DNA of 64,000 nucleotides from Calditrichia bacterium (lineage in GTDB: Bacteria; Calditrichota; Calditrichia; JAJRVZ01), in the NCBI GenBank assembly GCA_963777955.1, contig CAVZSQ010000019.1, positions 128,001-192,000 on the forward strand, given 5' to 3'. Shown piece after piece: positions 50,489 through 61,708 of the stretch (position 1 is the stretch's first letter; each line of letters begins with the position of its first letter). Under the pieces are notes generated by a model. It had not been told where the DNA came from and made no database searches. It was given only the letters and a program-made list of their open reading frames with translations. The position numbers and the translations under genes were made by a program.

Positions 50489-52157
50489 ATGAAAAAACAG
50501 CACACGCTGATTTATGTCATCCTAGGTATTTTCCTCATGGCACTGTGGTGCGGAGCGCAGGTCGATTATAACAAGGCCAAAGCGTTATTGAATGAAAATA
50601 AAAAAGACGAAGCCATTGTCCTGCTCAAACAGACCATCCAGAATTTTCCGTCCAATCTGGATGCTTATTATCTGCTGGGGCAAATCTATCTGGAAAAAAA
50701 TCAGCTCGACTCGGCCGAGTTCTGGGGCAGAAAAATGCTGGAAGTTGAAAAAGATTCACCGAAGAGTTATATCATCAGTCACCCAGGTACTCGCCCAGAA
50801 AAAAAATTTCAAAGAAGCCCTGATCCTGATTGATAAAGGACTGAAAAGAACCAAAAACAGTACGCAATTATTACTGCAAAAAGGCAGTATCTATGTGCTG
50901 GCGGATTCCGCCGAGAACGCCATCGCTGCTTATACCATGGCCAGGGACGCGGAACCGCAAAATGTCAATGCTTATAAGGGACTATATGATGCCTATCTGA
51001 AATTAGGCGCTGAAGCCATGGCGGTAATGCAACTGGAAAAAGGCATTGAACTCGATTCGACCCAGGTGGAGATGTCCTATAAATTAGCCAAACATTACTA
51101 TAAAGCCCGCCGCTATAATGAAGCGGCTAAATGTTATCAACGGGTCTTGAATATGGATCAGGCCAATGACCAGGCCGCCTGGGAATTGGGACAATTATAT
51201 TATGCGGCCAAGAAGCCGGAACTGGCTGTAAAGATCCTCGAACCGTTTGTCAAACGTCAACCTGACAATCATAAAGCCTGGCTGATCTATCTGGAGTCGT
51301 TAATAAAAATCGACCAATACGGCGAGGCGAAAACAACAGCCGAACATATTTTAACCAAGGAGGAAAATTCGGTTGAGGCCATCCGCGCTCTGGCCAAAGC
51401 GGAATATCATCTAAGAGAATATGACCTGGCGATCAAAACCTATCAAAGCCTGGCCAAAGTAGATACCCTCTCCGCTGAAGATTATAGATTATATGGTAAA
51501 TCATATCTGGAATTAAAGACGGATACAACGGCAGTTAAATATTTTGAGTTATCGCTGAGAAAAGACCGCAACCAGAAAGATGTCTGGACTGATCTGGGCG
51601 CTGCTTATATGCGCATGAAAAAGTGGGATCTGGCTGCTGATGCTTTTCAACAGCGTATACTGATCGATTCGACCTCCGCCGCAGGGTATGTAAATTACGC
51701 ATTATCGAACATGGCCATTTCCAAATGGGAAAACGCCCGTAAAGCCCTGTACAAAGCGCTCAGCCTGCAGCCAACCTATCTCAATGGCCATTTAAACCTG
51801 GCTCGCTGTTTATCGCAGATGGATTCCGTGGCTGCGGCCAGGACACAGTATCTGCAAACCGCTGAACTGGCCGAAAAACAACAACCCGTTAATTCTAAAG
51901 CGATCTTAGGCGAAGTCTATAAATCAATCAGTTTCTCATACCTGCTGGAAAAGAATTATCCCAGGGCTCTGGATGCCTTGACCAAAACAGTTGAATATAA
52001 AAACGATGATTCCGAAGTGCATCTGTGGCGAGCCCAAACCCTGCATGCACTGGATAAACGAAAAGAAGCCGAAGCTGAATATCAAAAGGTACTGAAACTC
52101 GATCCGAACAACAAGGATGCCAAAAAGGGACTGGAAATTTTAGCTCAATATAACTGA
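50489..52157 (+). CDS. Exported TPR-repeat protein; one frameshift
   Basis: Signal peptide followed by many TPR repeats. Confidence 0.85.
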
Positions 52158-52223
52158 TCTGAGTTCCGTTTAGAAAAGTAAATATATAATCAAGATGCTA
52201 TCAATCATTGGGGAGGGATTATC

Positions 52224-53243
52224 ATGCACCGAAAAATTTTGAAAAGTGTATTAATGTCTTTGCTGATCACGCTGATGCTGCTGGCCTGCGAGAAAAAAGC
52301 AGAGGTAGTGACTATCACAGGGTGGGAAAAATTTGATGACTTCATTTCCAAGGTCTGCCTTTACATATCCCCAGGGTTGGACCCTCACCCAGGATCAAAC
52401 AGGTGTAATGGTCTATTCAATTCCGGAAATTGTTTCCCGCTTCACCGATCTGACACCCACCGGTCCCGATGGCGTACGCCTGGTGGTCAGCAGGATCAGG
52501 ATGGATTCCCTTTCGACCTTCGATCAATATGTCGAAAAAATACGGGATGATTTGTCGGTTTCGGGTTATGATGTAAAACCTATAGAAGAAAAAATCCTGG
52601 CTGGCGTACCGGGAAAATCTTTCGAGTGTTCCGGATACCTGGATAACCGTAATAAACTATCTTCGACCAGAATATTTGCTTTGAAGGATACCTTGCTCTA
52701 TACAGCCAGTTATGAAGGTTTCAATAAAGCATATGCACTGAATAAATTTGTCCTGGATACCCTGCTCAGCACACTGAAGTTTACCGAAGCTGCACCAAAG
52801 GTGGTGGGAGACGATCCGGCTATGCCCTCCTCCAATTTCGCGGACTTCAGCAATAGTTATCTGAGTCTTAAAGTATCCCGACAACTTTGATCTGGCTAAC
52901 ACCTGCTGCCAAAGCCCCCGCCGAATTCTCGCTGGATATCCGCGGATATCGCCAGGACAGCAATGTTCACCTGGATATTATCCCGGCCAAAGGTTTATCG
53001 CTGGAAAAAGTCGTCGAACAAAATTCCAAAAACTATAAAGCAGTATCAAAAGGAAGCGTCAATATTGATGGAGTAAATACAACCTATCTTGATTATCGTC
53101 CGGTCAGGGAGATTAACAGCCGGGTTTATTTTCTGGTTAAAAACGATCGCATTTACCGCGTAATTTTTAACTATTATGCCCCGATGAAAGAAAAATATAT
53201 TTCGACTTTCGAAAAAGTGGTTACGTCAATTAAAGTCAAATAA
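52224..53243 (+). CDS. Lipoprotein with PsbP/DUF1795-like domains; frameshifted
   Basis: LLAC lipobox; FTYPQGW and F..LLSTLKF / FEKVVTSIKV-type endings. Confidence 0.6.
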
Positions 53244-53267
53244 TCGCTATTAATCAATGCCTTCATG

Positions 53268-53317
53268 GCCTGCTTTTCCACTACCTGACAGGAAGTGGAA
53301 AAGCAGGCATTTTTTTT
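53268..53317 (+). terminator. Rho-independent terminator
   Basis: 15-bp stem GCCTGCTTTTCCACT/AGTGGAAAAGCAGGC followed by a T-run. Confidence 0.85.
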
Positions 53318-53319
53318 GT

Positions 53320-55740
53320 TCATTTTATTATTATTTTAAATTTCCGGACTTCCTGCTCGCCGTTCTCGTCCACCAGGGTCAGAATATGTTCACCGGCATC
53401 CGCTACCAGGGCCAGTTCATGTATATCGCGGGTAGCTCCCATATAAACATTGTCCAGATGCCAGTACAGGGTGGATTGCTGATTGCGGGCTGCCGCCTTA
53501 AAAACGGTTCGCCCTCTTTGCCCGTCTAATTCCAACGGGATGAAGATTGTACTGTTTTTCTCCGGATAAATAATGGAAAAAGAGGATGAAGTCATACTCT
53601 CCACCAGTCCACGGCAATCTTCACGCAGCTGCGGCAACGGCAGGTAATCGGAATGTTTGCGGATATAATACCATTCCATAGTCGGCGGCAAAACAAACCA
53701 GTTTTTGTTTACGATCCCGTGCAATGGTTCGCAATCCGCATGCACCTGCCAGCGCAAACTGCGATCAAGATGTACAATCTGGCAATAGGGACAAACTGTA
53801 GTTTGAACTCCAGCCGGCGGGACCCGGATCATCAGACCTGCGGCGCAATCCGGTCCACGACGGTAACCGCTCCGGCTGCATACTTCGATCAGTTCCAGAT
53901 CCCCTTCCGGACAGTTAAACCATTCTGCCGACGGTAATAAACCGAAAATTTCAAATAAAATGGGGGCTGCCGTTTTAAGTCCAACTAAATCCGGCCGACC
54001 TTCTCCATCAGCATTTCCCACCCACACCCCCACCGCATACAGAGGCGTTACACCGATAGCCCAGGCATCGCGGTAACCGTAACTGGTCCCGGTTTTCCAG
54101 GCAATCTCACGGTTGGAAAGAAAATCCCGCCAGGCACTCTCTTCATCAGGACGGGTGACTTCCAGCATAGCCTGCAGGGTCAGCCAGCAGGAACCTGCCC
54201 GTAAAGGACTATCCGGATTGGATTTGTTCGGAATAAGCTTCCGGTCAGCAGTGTTCTTATTTTGTTCCTCGTCCAGGAACAGTTCGGGAGCAAAAAATGC
54301 CGAGGCTTCAGCCGAGGCTGAATCTGCCTCATCTTCAAAATAACGATTGACCGTACGGGCCATACTGGCATAAATGCCGGTCAGGTCCCATAATTTTCCT
54401 TCTGCCCCGCCCAGGATCAGAGTTAGGCCATACTCATGCGCCGGCCGGTATAGTGTAGTCATCCCCAGTTTTTCCAGCAGGTTTTGAAAACGGTCGACAC
54501 TGAAACGCTGCAGCATACGAACAGCAGGAACATTCAGGGAGCGGGCCAGTGCCATGCAGGCCGGTACAGCTCCCTGATACTCCCGGCTGTAATTCTGCGG
54601 GGCAAATCCACCCATGCGGGTCGGGACATCGGCTACCAACTGTGTGGGCAGTATATCACCGCTCTGCAGCATACCGGCATACAACAACGGTTTTAAAATA
54701 CTACCGGTACTGCGCGGCGCAGAAATAATATCCACAAAACGGTCATGTCCGGAATTATCGGGATCGAAGACATTGCCCACATAGGCAAGTACCTGTCCGC
54801 TGTTCACCTCCATGACCAGGGCCGCGCCATTGAATATTCCGTTGGCTGCCAGACGCTCGTGATGCCGGCGGATAATCTGATCCGTCTGCAGTTGCAGGTC
54901 TTTACGCATCGTGGTATGTACAGGTCCCGGTGCAGCGCGCCCCCATTTTTTTGTGGTAAGGCCGGAATTGCGCACATGGCTGTAAATATGCGGAGCCAGT
55001 ACAGGTAAGGGATATGGTTCCGGCGGCAGTGGTTCCATTTTAGCCAGAGTACCACTCAGCGAGTCCAGAACATTCTGTTCGATCAACTTATCAAGTAGAA
55101 CATTACGTTTCCGCAGCAACAGATCGCGGTTGCGGCCGGGATGGATCAGAGCCGGATTATTAGGCAGAACGGTAAGCATGGCCACTTCAGCCCAGGATAA
55201 TTGTTCGGGCTGCCGCCCAAAATACCGCCAGGAAGCTGCAGACAATCCGACCACATTACCGCCATAGGGGGCATGGGCGGCGTACATGGAAAATATTTCC
55301 TGTTTATTATAAAAAGATTCAAGCCGCAGAGCCTCGAAGATCTCCACGGTTTTTTCCAGGATAGTGCGCGGTTTCCCCGGCCGGGATAGCCGCACTACCT
55401 GCATGGTCAGCGTGCTGCCACCACTGACTACTTTGCCGGCCCGGACATCACTCCAGGCGGCCCGCAGCAGCGCCAGCGGATCAACACCGCGATGCCTGAA
55501 AAAACGTTTGTCTTCAAAAATAACGGCGCTCTGGATATATTTGGCCGGTATAGAATCTGCCGGTGGAAAGCGCCATTGTCCATCCTTTGCCACACCAGCA
55601 TTCAACAATTCTCCCGTACGATCCAGAATAACTAAAGAGTAAGGATTCCTGAATTCCGTTAATGGCAAAAAAAACCAGAAAACTGCCCAAAAGACCAGAA
55701 ATGTAAAAAAACACCGCGGTGAAGTCAGAAACCTTTTCAT
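53320..55740 (-). CDS. pbpC: Penicillin-binding protein 1C
   Basis: FEDKRF, GGSTLTMQ, GSILKP, SLN and WKTGTS motifs; BiPBP-C tail; follows alpha-2-macroglobulin. Confidence 0.93.
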   Translation of the reverse strand: MKRFLTSPRCFFTFLVFWAVFWFFLPLTEFRNPYSLVILDRTGELLNAGVAKDGQWRFPPADSIPAKYIQSAVIFEDKRFFRHRGVDPLALLRAAWSDVRAGKVVSGGSTLTMQVVRLSRPGKPRTILEKTVEIFEALRLESFYNKQEIFSMYAAHAPYGGNVVGLSAASWRYFGRQPEQLSWAEVAMLTVLPNNPALIHPGRNRDLLLRKRNVLLDKLIEQNVLDSLSGTLAKMEPLPPEPYPLPVLAPHIYSHVRNSGLTTKKWGRAAPGPVHTTMRKDLQLQTDQIIRRHHERLAANGIFNGAALVMEVNSGQVLAYVGNVFDPDNSGHDRFVDIISAPRSTGSILKPLLYAGMLQSGDILPTQLVADVPTRMGGFAPQNYSREYQGAVPACMALARSLNVPAVRMLQRFSVDRFQNLLEKLGMTTLYRPAHEYGLTLILGGAEGKLWDLTGIYASMARTVNRYFEDEADSASAEASAFFAPELFLDEEQNKNTADRKLIPNKSNPDSPLRAGSCWLTLQAMLEVTRPDEESAWRDFLSNREIAWKTGTSYGYRDAWAIGVTPLYAVGVWVGNADGEGRPDLVGLKTAAPILFEIFGLLPSAEWFNCPEGDLELIEVCSRSGYRRGPDCAAGLMIRVPPAGVQTTVCPYCQIVHLDRSLRWQVHADCEPLHGIVNKNWFVLPPTMEWYYIRKHSDYLPLPQLREDCRGLVESMTSSSFSIIYPEKNSTIFIPLELDGQRGRTVFKAAARNQQSTLYWHLDNVYMGATRDIHELALVADAGEHILTLVDENGEQEVRKFKIIIK

Positions 55741-58700
55741 TGACCCGGTTCAATTACTTCGATCCACTGCCCGGCCTGTCGTGCATAAATGGTCGCATCG
55801 TACATGGGTTCAACGATGATCATTGGCAGATAGAATCGACCTAAATATGCGGCGTGTAGTTGAAAACGAAAAGACTTTTGGTCGTTCATATTCAGGTCGA
55901 AATAGGTCATGATCCGGTCGTCACGGATATCCATGTAATCATAACCTATATTTCTGTCTTTCATCTGCTTCGCTGGATCAAGACGGGTATTCCGTATTTC
56001 CCACCCCGGTGGAAAGATGGCTGTAAGGGCCAGTTCTTCATATTTTCCTTCTGTGCCGGTATTTCTGGTTTTAATTTCAACTTCAAAATCCGTGCCCTGT
56101 TCGACTCGTACAGGATCAAAGGTTCTCCGCTCAGCGTAAAATAATCCACCTTGATGGTCATCCCATTTTGGCCGCTCTTTTCCTGACCTGCAGCCGGGAG
56201 CCCTTCCATGATCAAACTTGGGTAGATAGTACTCTGCCCTTTGTTTTCCAGGGCGAATGCAATTTGCATCTTTTCGCCAGGTGCCAGGGTTTGTTGGTAG
56301 ACCGGAGAAGTTGTTTCCACAGTAGTACGGGCATTACCATTCCATTCATAGGAAAAATTCCATTTAGTACCACCACCGACCACCCCGCTGTAAGTTGCAA
56401 TTGCTATCAGGGAATAGGCTGTAGTCTGGGTACTGAGCCATTTTTCATTGCTTAATTCCGCAGCTATCTCCTTTACCAGGCTTTCGGCGCGGTCATTTTG
56501 TTTCAGTAAACATAATGCTTCTACTACCATGGCTTTATCCCGTAGATCAGAACCAAAAGTAAAGGAAAATTCCCTGAAGAACGGAAATGTGAAAATTCCT
56601 TTAGCAGCCAGAGCTGCGGCCGCTTCCGGTTGTCCGGCCAGTTGATAAGCGGCGGCCAACCGCCAGCGGGCTTCGTTACTAACACTGCCCTGCTCGCGCA
56701 GACGGTTCATTGCTCCCAGTTCCGCTTTCCCGGCCAGGGCCAGGGTGTACAGGCGGTAAGCCTGGACTAGATCGGATCGTAATGGTCCGGTAACGTAACC
56801 CTGTGCCTTTTTAGTTTGATATTTTTGCCACTGGTCCAGCAGACCCTGCGGTACGGGGTAACCCGCTCTTTTAGCTTCGACCAAAAAATGACCGGCATAG
56901 TTACTGGCCCAATCGTCAGTACCTTGCCAACCGCCCGGCCAATATGTAAATCCGCCATCCGAAGCCTGGAACAGACGCAGACGCTCGAGGCCTGCCTTGA
57001 CATTTTTTTCAATCTCAGTCTGCCGCTCAGGTGAAAGGTCCATCAGGCGGTTAAGATAAAGTTGGGGAAATACCGCCGAGGTAATCTGTTCCACACAACC
57101 ATGCGGATAGCGAATCAGAAATCTGAGTCGTTTGCCCAGGTTCATCGGGGGAATCCGCGATACTTCCAGAGTGACCGTATTAGTGCCAATCATTCCCGGC
57201 AGAGTGATTTGCTGGGACCATTCCTTGCCACTATCCAGGGTTTTCGATACCACATCCGTGATGGCAAAACTTGATGAACGGACCTGCAACTCGATGGTTT
57301 GCCGCGAGGATTCACCGTTGCCGAAGGCTTCCATACTGATCCTGGCAACTCCCTCCTGGGCTTTCGCTTTTATCTTGAATATTACTACCTGGTCACCCGG
57401 ACTGCTAAAATTTATTTTCTTTTCTGGTGAATCGGTAAGCATCACCGGGCCTTCGGTATTAACTTTGACCGCCACATTTTTAATATTTTCCTGCAAGGCA
57501 AAAATCGTAATTGGTAAATCGCAACTCTCATCCAGTCCCAGCACCCGCGGCAGGGTACCCAGCAGCATCAACGGATTACGGACTTTGACCTCTTTCTCCG
57601 CTGAACCAAAAGCACCACCCTGTCCGGCCACAACCATCAACCTCACAGCCCCTACATACTGGGGAATATCTATATCGTGCGATCTGGTTTCACGGCCTTT
57701 TAATTCAAATGGTCCCAAAAATTTTACCATCGGCGGAAATCTATCCGCTTTTTTCTGACCTTCCTCTTTTTGAAATTCTCCACCGCCGATCGCCAGCAAC
57801 TGTTCTAACCTTGCACCGTAGGCGCCGGTAATTTGATCAAACAAATCCCAGGTTTTTACTCCCAGGGCCTCCCGGGCATAAAAATTCGTCCAGGGATCGG
57901 GTGTTTGAAAGCGGGTTATATCCAGCAGACCTTCATCAACCAGAGCCAGGGTATACGTCATCGGACGGCCGTTGGCTTCGCTGATTTTTATAACCTCTTT
58001 ATGTTCCGGTCGGTAGACATCCGTAGTTTGAATTTTTGGTTCCAGGCGTGAATCAGGATTAAAAATTTTGACCGGCACCACACCATACATGCGGATCGGC
58101 AGATCATTGGCCGCCTGTAGATGCGGCTGCATGAAGGTTATATGTACATACACATTAGGAGCCATTTCGGGTGCTGCGGTAAATTCGAACCGCACCGGTT
58201 TATCTGCTCCTGCAATCCAGTGAGTGCTCAGCACTTTACTGCCGGATTCAATACTGACCAATCCTCTCCCGGTACGGGCTACCGGGATGGTGACCATAAC
58301 CTTTTCACCGACCTTGTACTCCGTTTTATCCGTGGAAAAACTGAGTACAGCAGCGCCACCCGGCGCTTCACGGTTTCCCCGTCCGGCCCAACCCGGCCAG
58401 TCAATGTAGACTATAGTGCCCGTAATATGACCTCCGTTCAGATCCCGGGCCCTGATCAGATAGCGACCCCAATCCGGATATTTTATACTGAATTTCCAGG
58501 AACCTTTTCCACCACTCACCTGGATCGTGTCTGCATACAATGATTTATAATGACTGGAACCAATATAATCAGCACGCTTTTCGCTGCCCTGTTCCCACCA
58601 CCAGCGCCAATCGATCCGGTACATTTTGATTTCGACGTTAGTGCGGGGAATGGCAGTTCCGTTCCTGTCCACAGCAACAAGTTGAGCGGTATAGACCGAA

Positions 58701-61328
58701 TCCGTGACCAGCATCCTGTGTCGCGCTTTATCACCGCGCGGAGACTTGATCCCGATATACTGTTGAAATGGGTGCAGGGGAATACTAAAACGGTCGGTAC
58801 TGAAAGCACCACCGGGTTCGAATACCCGGGTGCGGAAAGAAGCCTGTAAAACACCGGGAGCGGTACGGTCAGTTTCCACGGCTGCACTCATGGCCACAGC
58901 GCCGTTCGCATCTAACTGTCCTTCAAAGACCATCCGGTTTTCCGGTTCAAACTTATGGAACGGATCATTGAATTCAAATCCCTCCAGACCGGGAAAGGAA
59001 GTTCCGCTTGATGTCAATCCCAGTTCCACATCCGCTCGCAAATTTTTAGCCGGTGCCCCGTGCAACCATTCTGCTGATAATCGCGCCTGAACCGGTCCGG
59101 CCATTAAACTTGTTACTCCCTTGCCGAAATCAAGATCGATTTTCAACCGGTTCGGCATGATCGTTTCCACTCTCAGTACTTTTTCAAAAGTGACACCCCC
59201 AACTTTCACTTTAGCTACCCAGTTACCGGTAAGTGCATCCGGATCGGTGGACAATTTCAGATCATAAAAACCGTTAAGCGATTTTAACCGTCGGATTGTT
59301 TTGATCAGTTGACCGCGCGGATTATAGAATTCACAAATCAGCGGGTGCGTTTCCGGGATCAGTTTTTCTGGATCATATAATATGAAGGTCAGATAAATGG
59401 GATCACCGGGACGCCAGACTCCGCGTTCTCCATATAGAAATCCTTTCAAACCGGATTGTACATTTTCTCCGCCCACATCAAAGTGACTGATTGGTAAGGC
59501 TAATCCACCATCCAATTTCAGATAACCGTTTTGACCGGCATTACGGGCAATAATCAAAAATGGTTTCCGCTCCAGATCGAATAGGACGCAGCCGTCTTTA
59601 TCCGCTGTTCCCTTACCGATACTCTGCTGTTGAAAATCTAACACTTCTATTTCGGCTCCGGACAGGGGTTGTGCCGACTTGAGATCGGTAGCCATCACAA
59701 ACAATTTCTGATCAAGACCCTGTTTGGCCAGCAGTCCGATATCCGAAATCATTACATTGCGGTACACATTTATATTATGATCGTAATATTCCCGGTAATA
59801 GGCGGGATGGCAGGGATTCAGGCGTTGTTCATAATAATCATAATAACCGCCTCCCTCATACTCGTCGTCTTCCCAATAACCTCTCTCTTCATCCTCTGAC
59901 TCTTCACTGCCGGAAACACTTTCTTCACTGACCAGCGGAGTTGTCGCCGCGGTCAGGCTTTCCCCGCAATCATATAAAATATGCCGGCGTTTGAAAGATA
60001 ATTTGATGCGGTAGATCCCGCCCGGATTTTTTTCAAGCAGGGGTTTTAAATCCAGGCCATAGCGCATCCAGCGGTTCTGTTTATCGGGAGTTATATTCAG
60101 ATCGATTGTTTTTTTCCAGACCGTTTGTGCCACCCGCCGGAGTTCATTATCACCATCCAGTTTATTAACCTGCAAAAATTGCGGAATATTCTGTTCATAA
60201 ATCTTACTTACTTCCACAATCACCGAGCGCAGGTTTACCGCTTCCACTGGCAGGGCTAAGTCCTGAGTTGTGGGCAGTATAACACCTTTACCCACAAATC
60301 GTACAGCTGGTTTTAATTCTTCGAAGGTAATATCGAATGTCTTGGAAATATTCAATCGATACCCCAGGCTGTTACGTATCCCGGGAGATACAGTCACGGA
60401 ATTGGTTCCTTCCCATGGTGTAGCGCTGTAAATACGCAGAATACTCCGGTCGATATCCAGGCGCAGATCATCGCGTTTTTCTACGGTGACCAATCCCTGC
60501 AGGTTTTGATTTTTATCCAGCGGATCCGAAAAACGGATCTCGATATATTCCGTTTCTGTGCGTACCGGTCTGACACTGTCGATAGTAAAATAGGAGCGGG
60601 AGTGAACCGTATAGGAACTTTTACCTTTCTTGTCAACATTCATATATTTGCCATCCCAGGCCAGTGTTACCTGTGATGAATCTTCACCGCGCACGATGCC
60701 ATCGATGCTGAACTGATGTTCACGGCCGTCGGGCTTATGCTGCCAGGTGATCGGTAATTCTTTCCCCTGCTGGGTTGCAGTCAGGATTTTTTCCACTGCC
60801 TGATCGTCATCCACATCAGCTGTAACAAATATTCCACTGATCTGCTGCAGTTCGGGTCTTTGTTCATTAACTGATTGCAGACCAAAGATGTTAATTTCAA
60901 AAGTTTGTTTCATCGAGGAAAAAGTAAAAGAAAAAGAGCTCTTCCCCTCTGACTGTTTCCACCAGATTTTTCAGATTTAAGGTGGCCTGATAATCCTGAC
61001 CATCAGGTAAACGCGTTTCCGGTCGGAATTCGACGGTGCGGTAATCGGACCAGACCGTAATTCCTTTGATGCCTGGTTTGAAACTGAATGGTGATCTGTC
61101 CAGGGGCAGATTGATATTGCTGGAATCGACAATATCTTCCGTAAAAACGACCCTGATCGGCGATTCCCGTGAGATCATTCCGGAGGTATAAGCGGAAATC
61201 AGCCCGCTATCGATTGATGATCGTTTAAAGGTCGGAGGGACTTTTTCTTCGCAACCGGAACTGATTATCAGTAATGTTGATAATAGAAATACCATAATCA
61301 TTCCGCTAAACCGATAGTTTTTAAACAT
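55737..61328 (-). CDS. Bacterial alpha-2-macroglobulin lipoprotein; two frameshifts
   Basis: SSGC lipobox; ERGVWRPG; VDEG; thioester YPHGCVEQ; DIRDDR C-terminal motif. Confidence 0.92.
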
Positions 61329-61568
61329 TTCACTCTCCTTATGAATTATATTTATTTAAGAAAACAGCAAGTGATTGCAGGGCAGTACAAATTAAATTTC
61401 CCTTCCCGGCAAACTGTTCAGGAAAACCGAATATAAATATATCAATTGAATAAATAAGTACGCCTTATTTTCATTACTTGAAAAATATGATCATCGGATC
61501 CATAAAAATTGGGGTAATAAAATATTTCAGTTCCAATTTAAAGCAGGTATGACTAATTAGCAATCAGA

Positions 61569-61605
61569 ATCCACCTCCGAGGTTCGGATAACCTCGGAGG
61601 TGGAT
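61569..61605. repeat. REP-like palindrome
   Basis: ATCCACCTCCGAGGTT-CGGAT-AACCTCGGAGGTGGAT. Confidence 0.75.
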
Positions 61606-61708
61606 ATTGCACACAAATTAGTGTAATATAACCCGGCATTAATATATATTTGGGCCGAAACAATAATTTACAGCAATCATGTGTTCTATGTTAAAAAGGG
61701 GAATAGAT

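Noticed and set aside
53320..61328. Alpha-2-macroglobulin-pbpC as a novel system
   Set aside because: Well-known conserved gene pair
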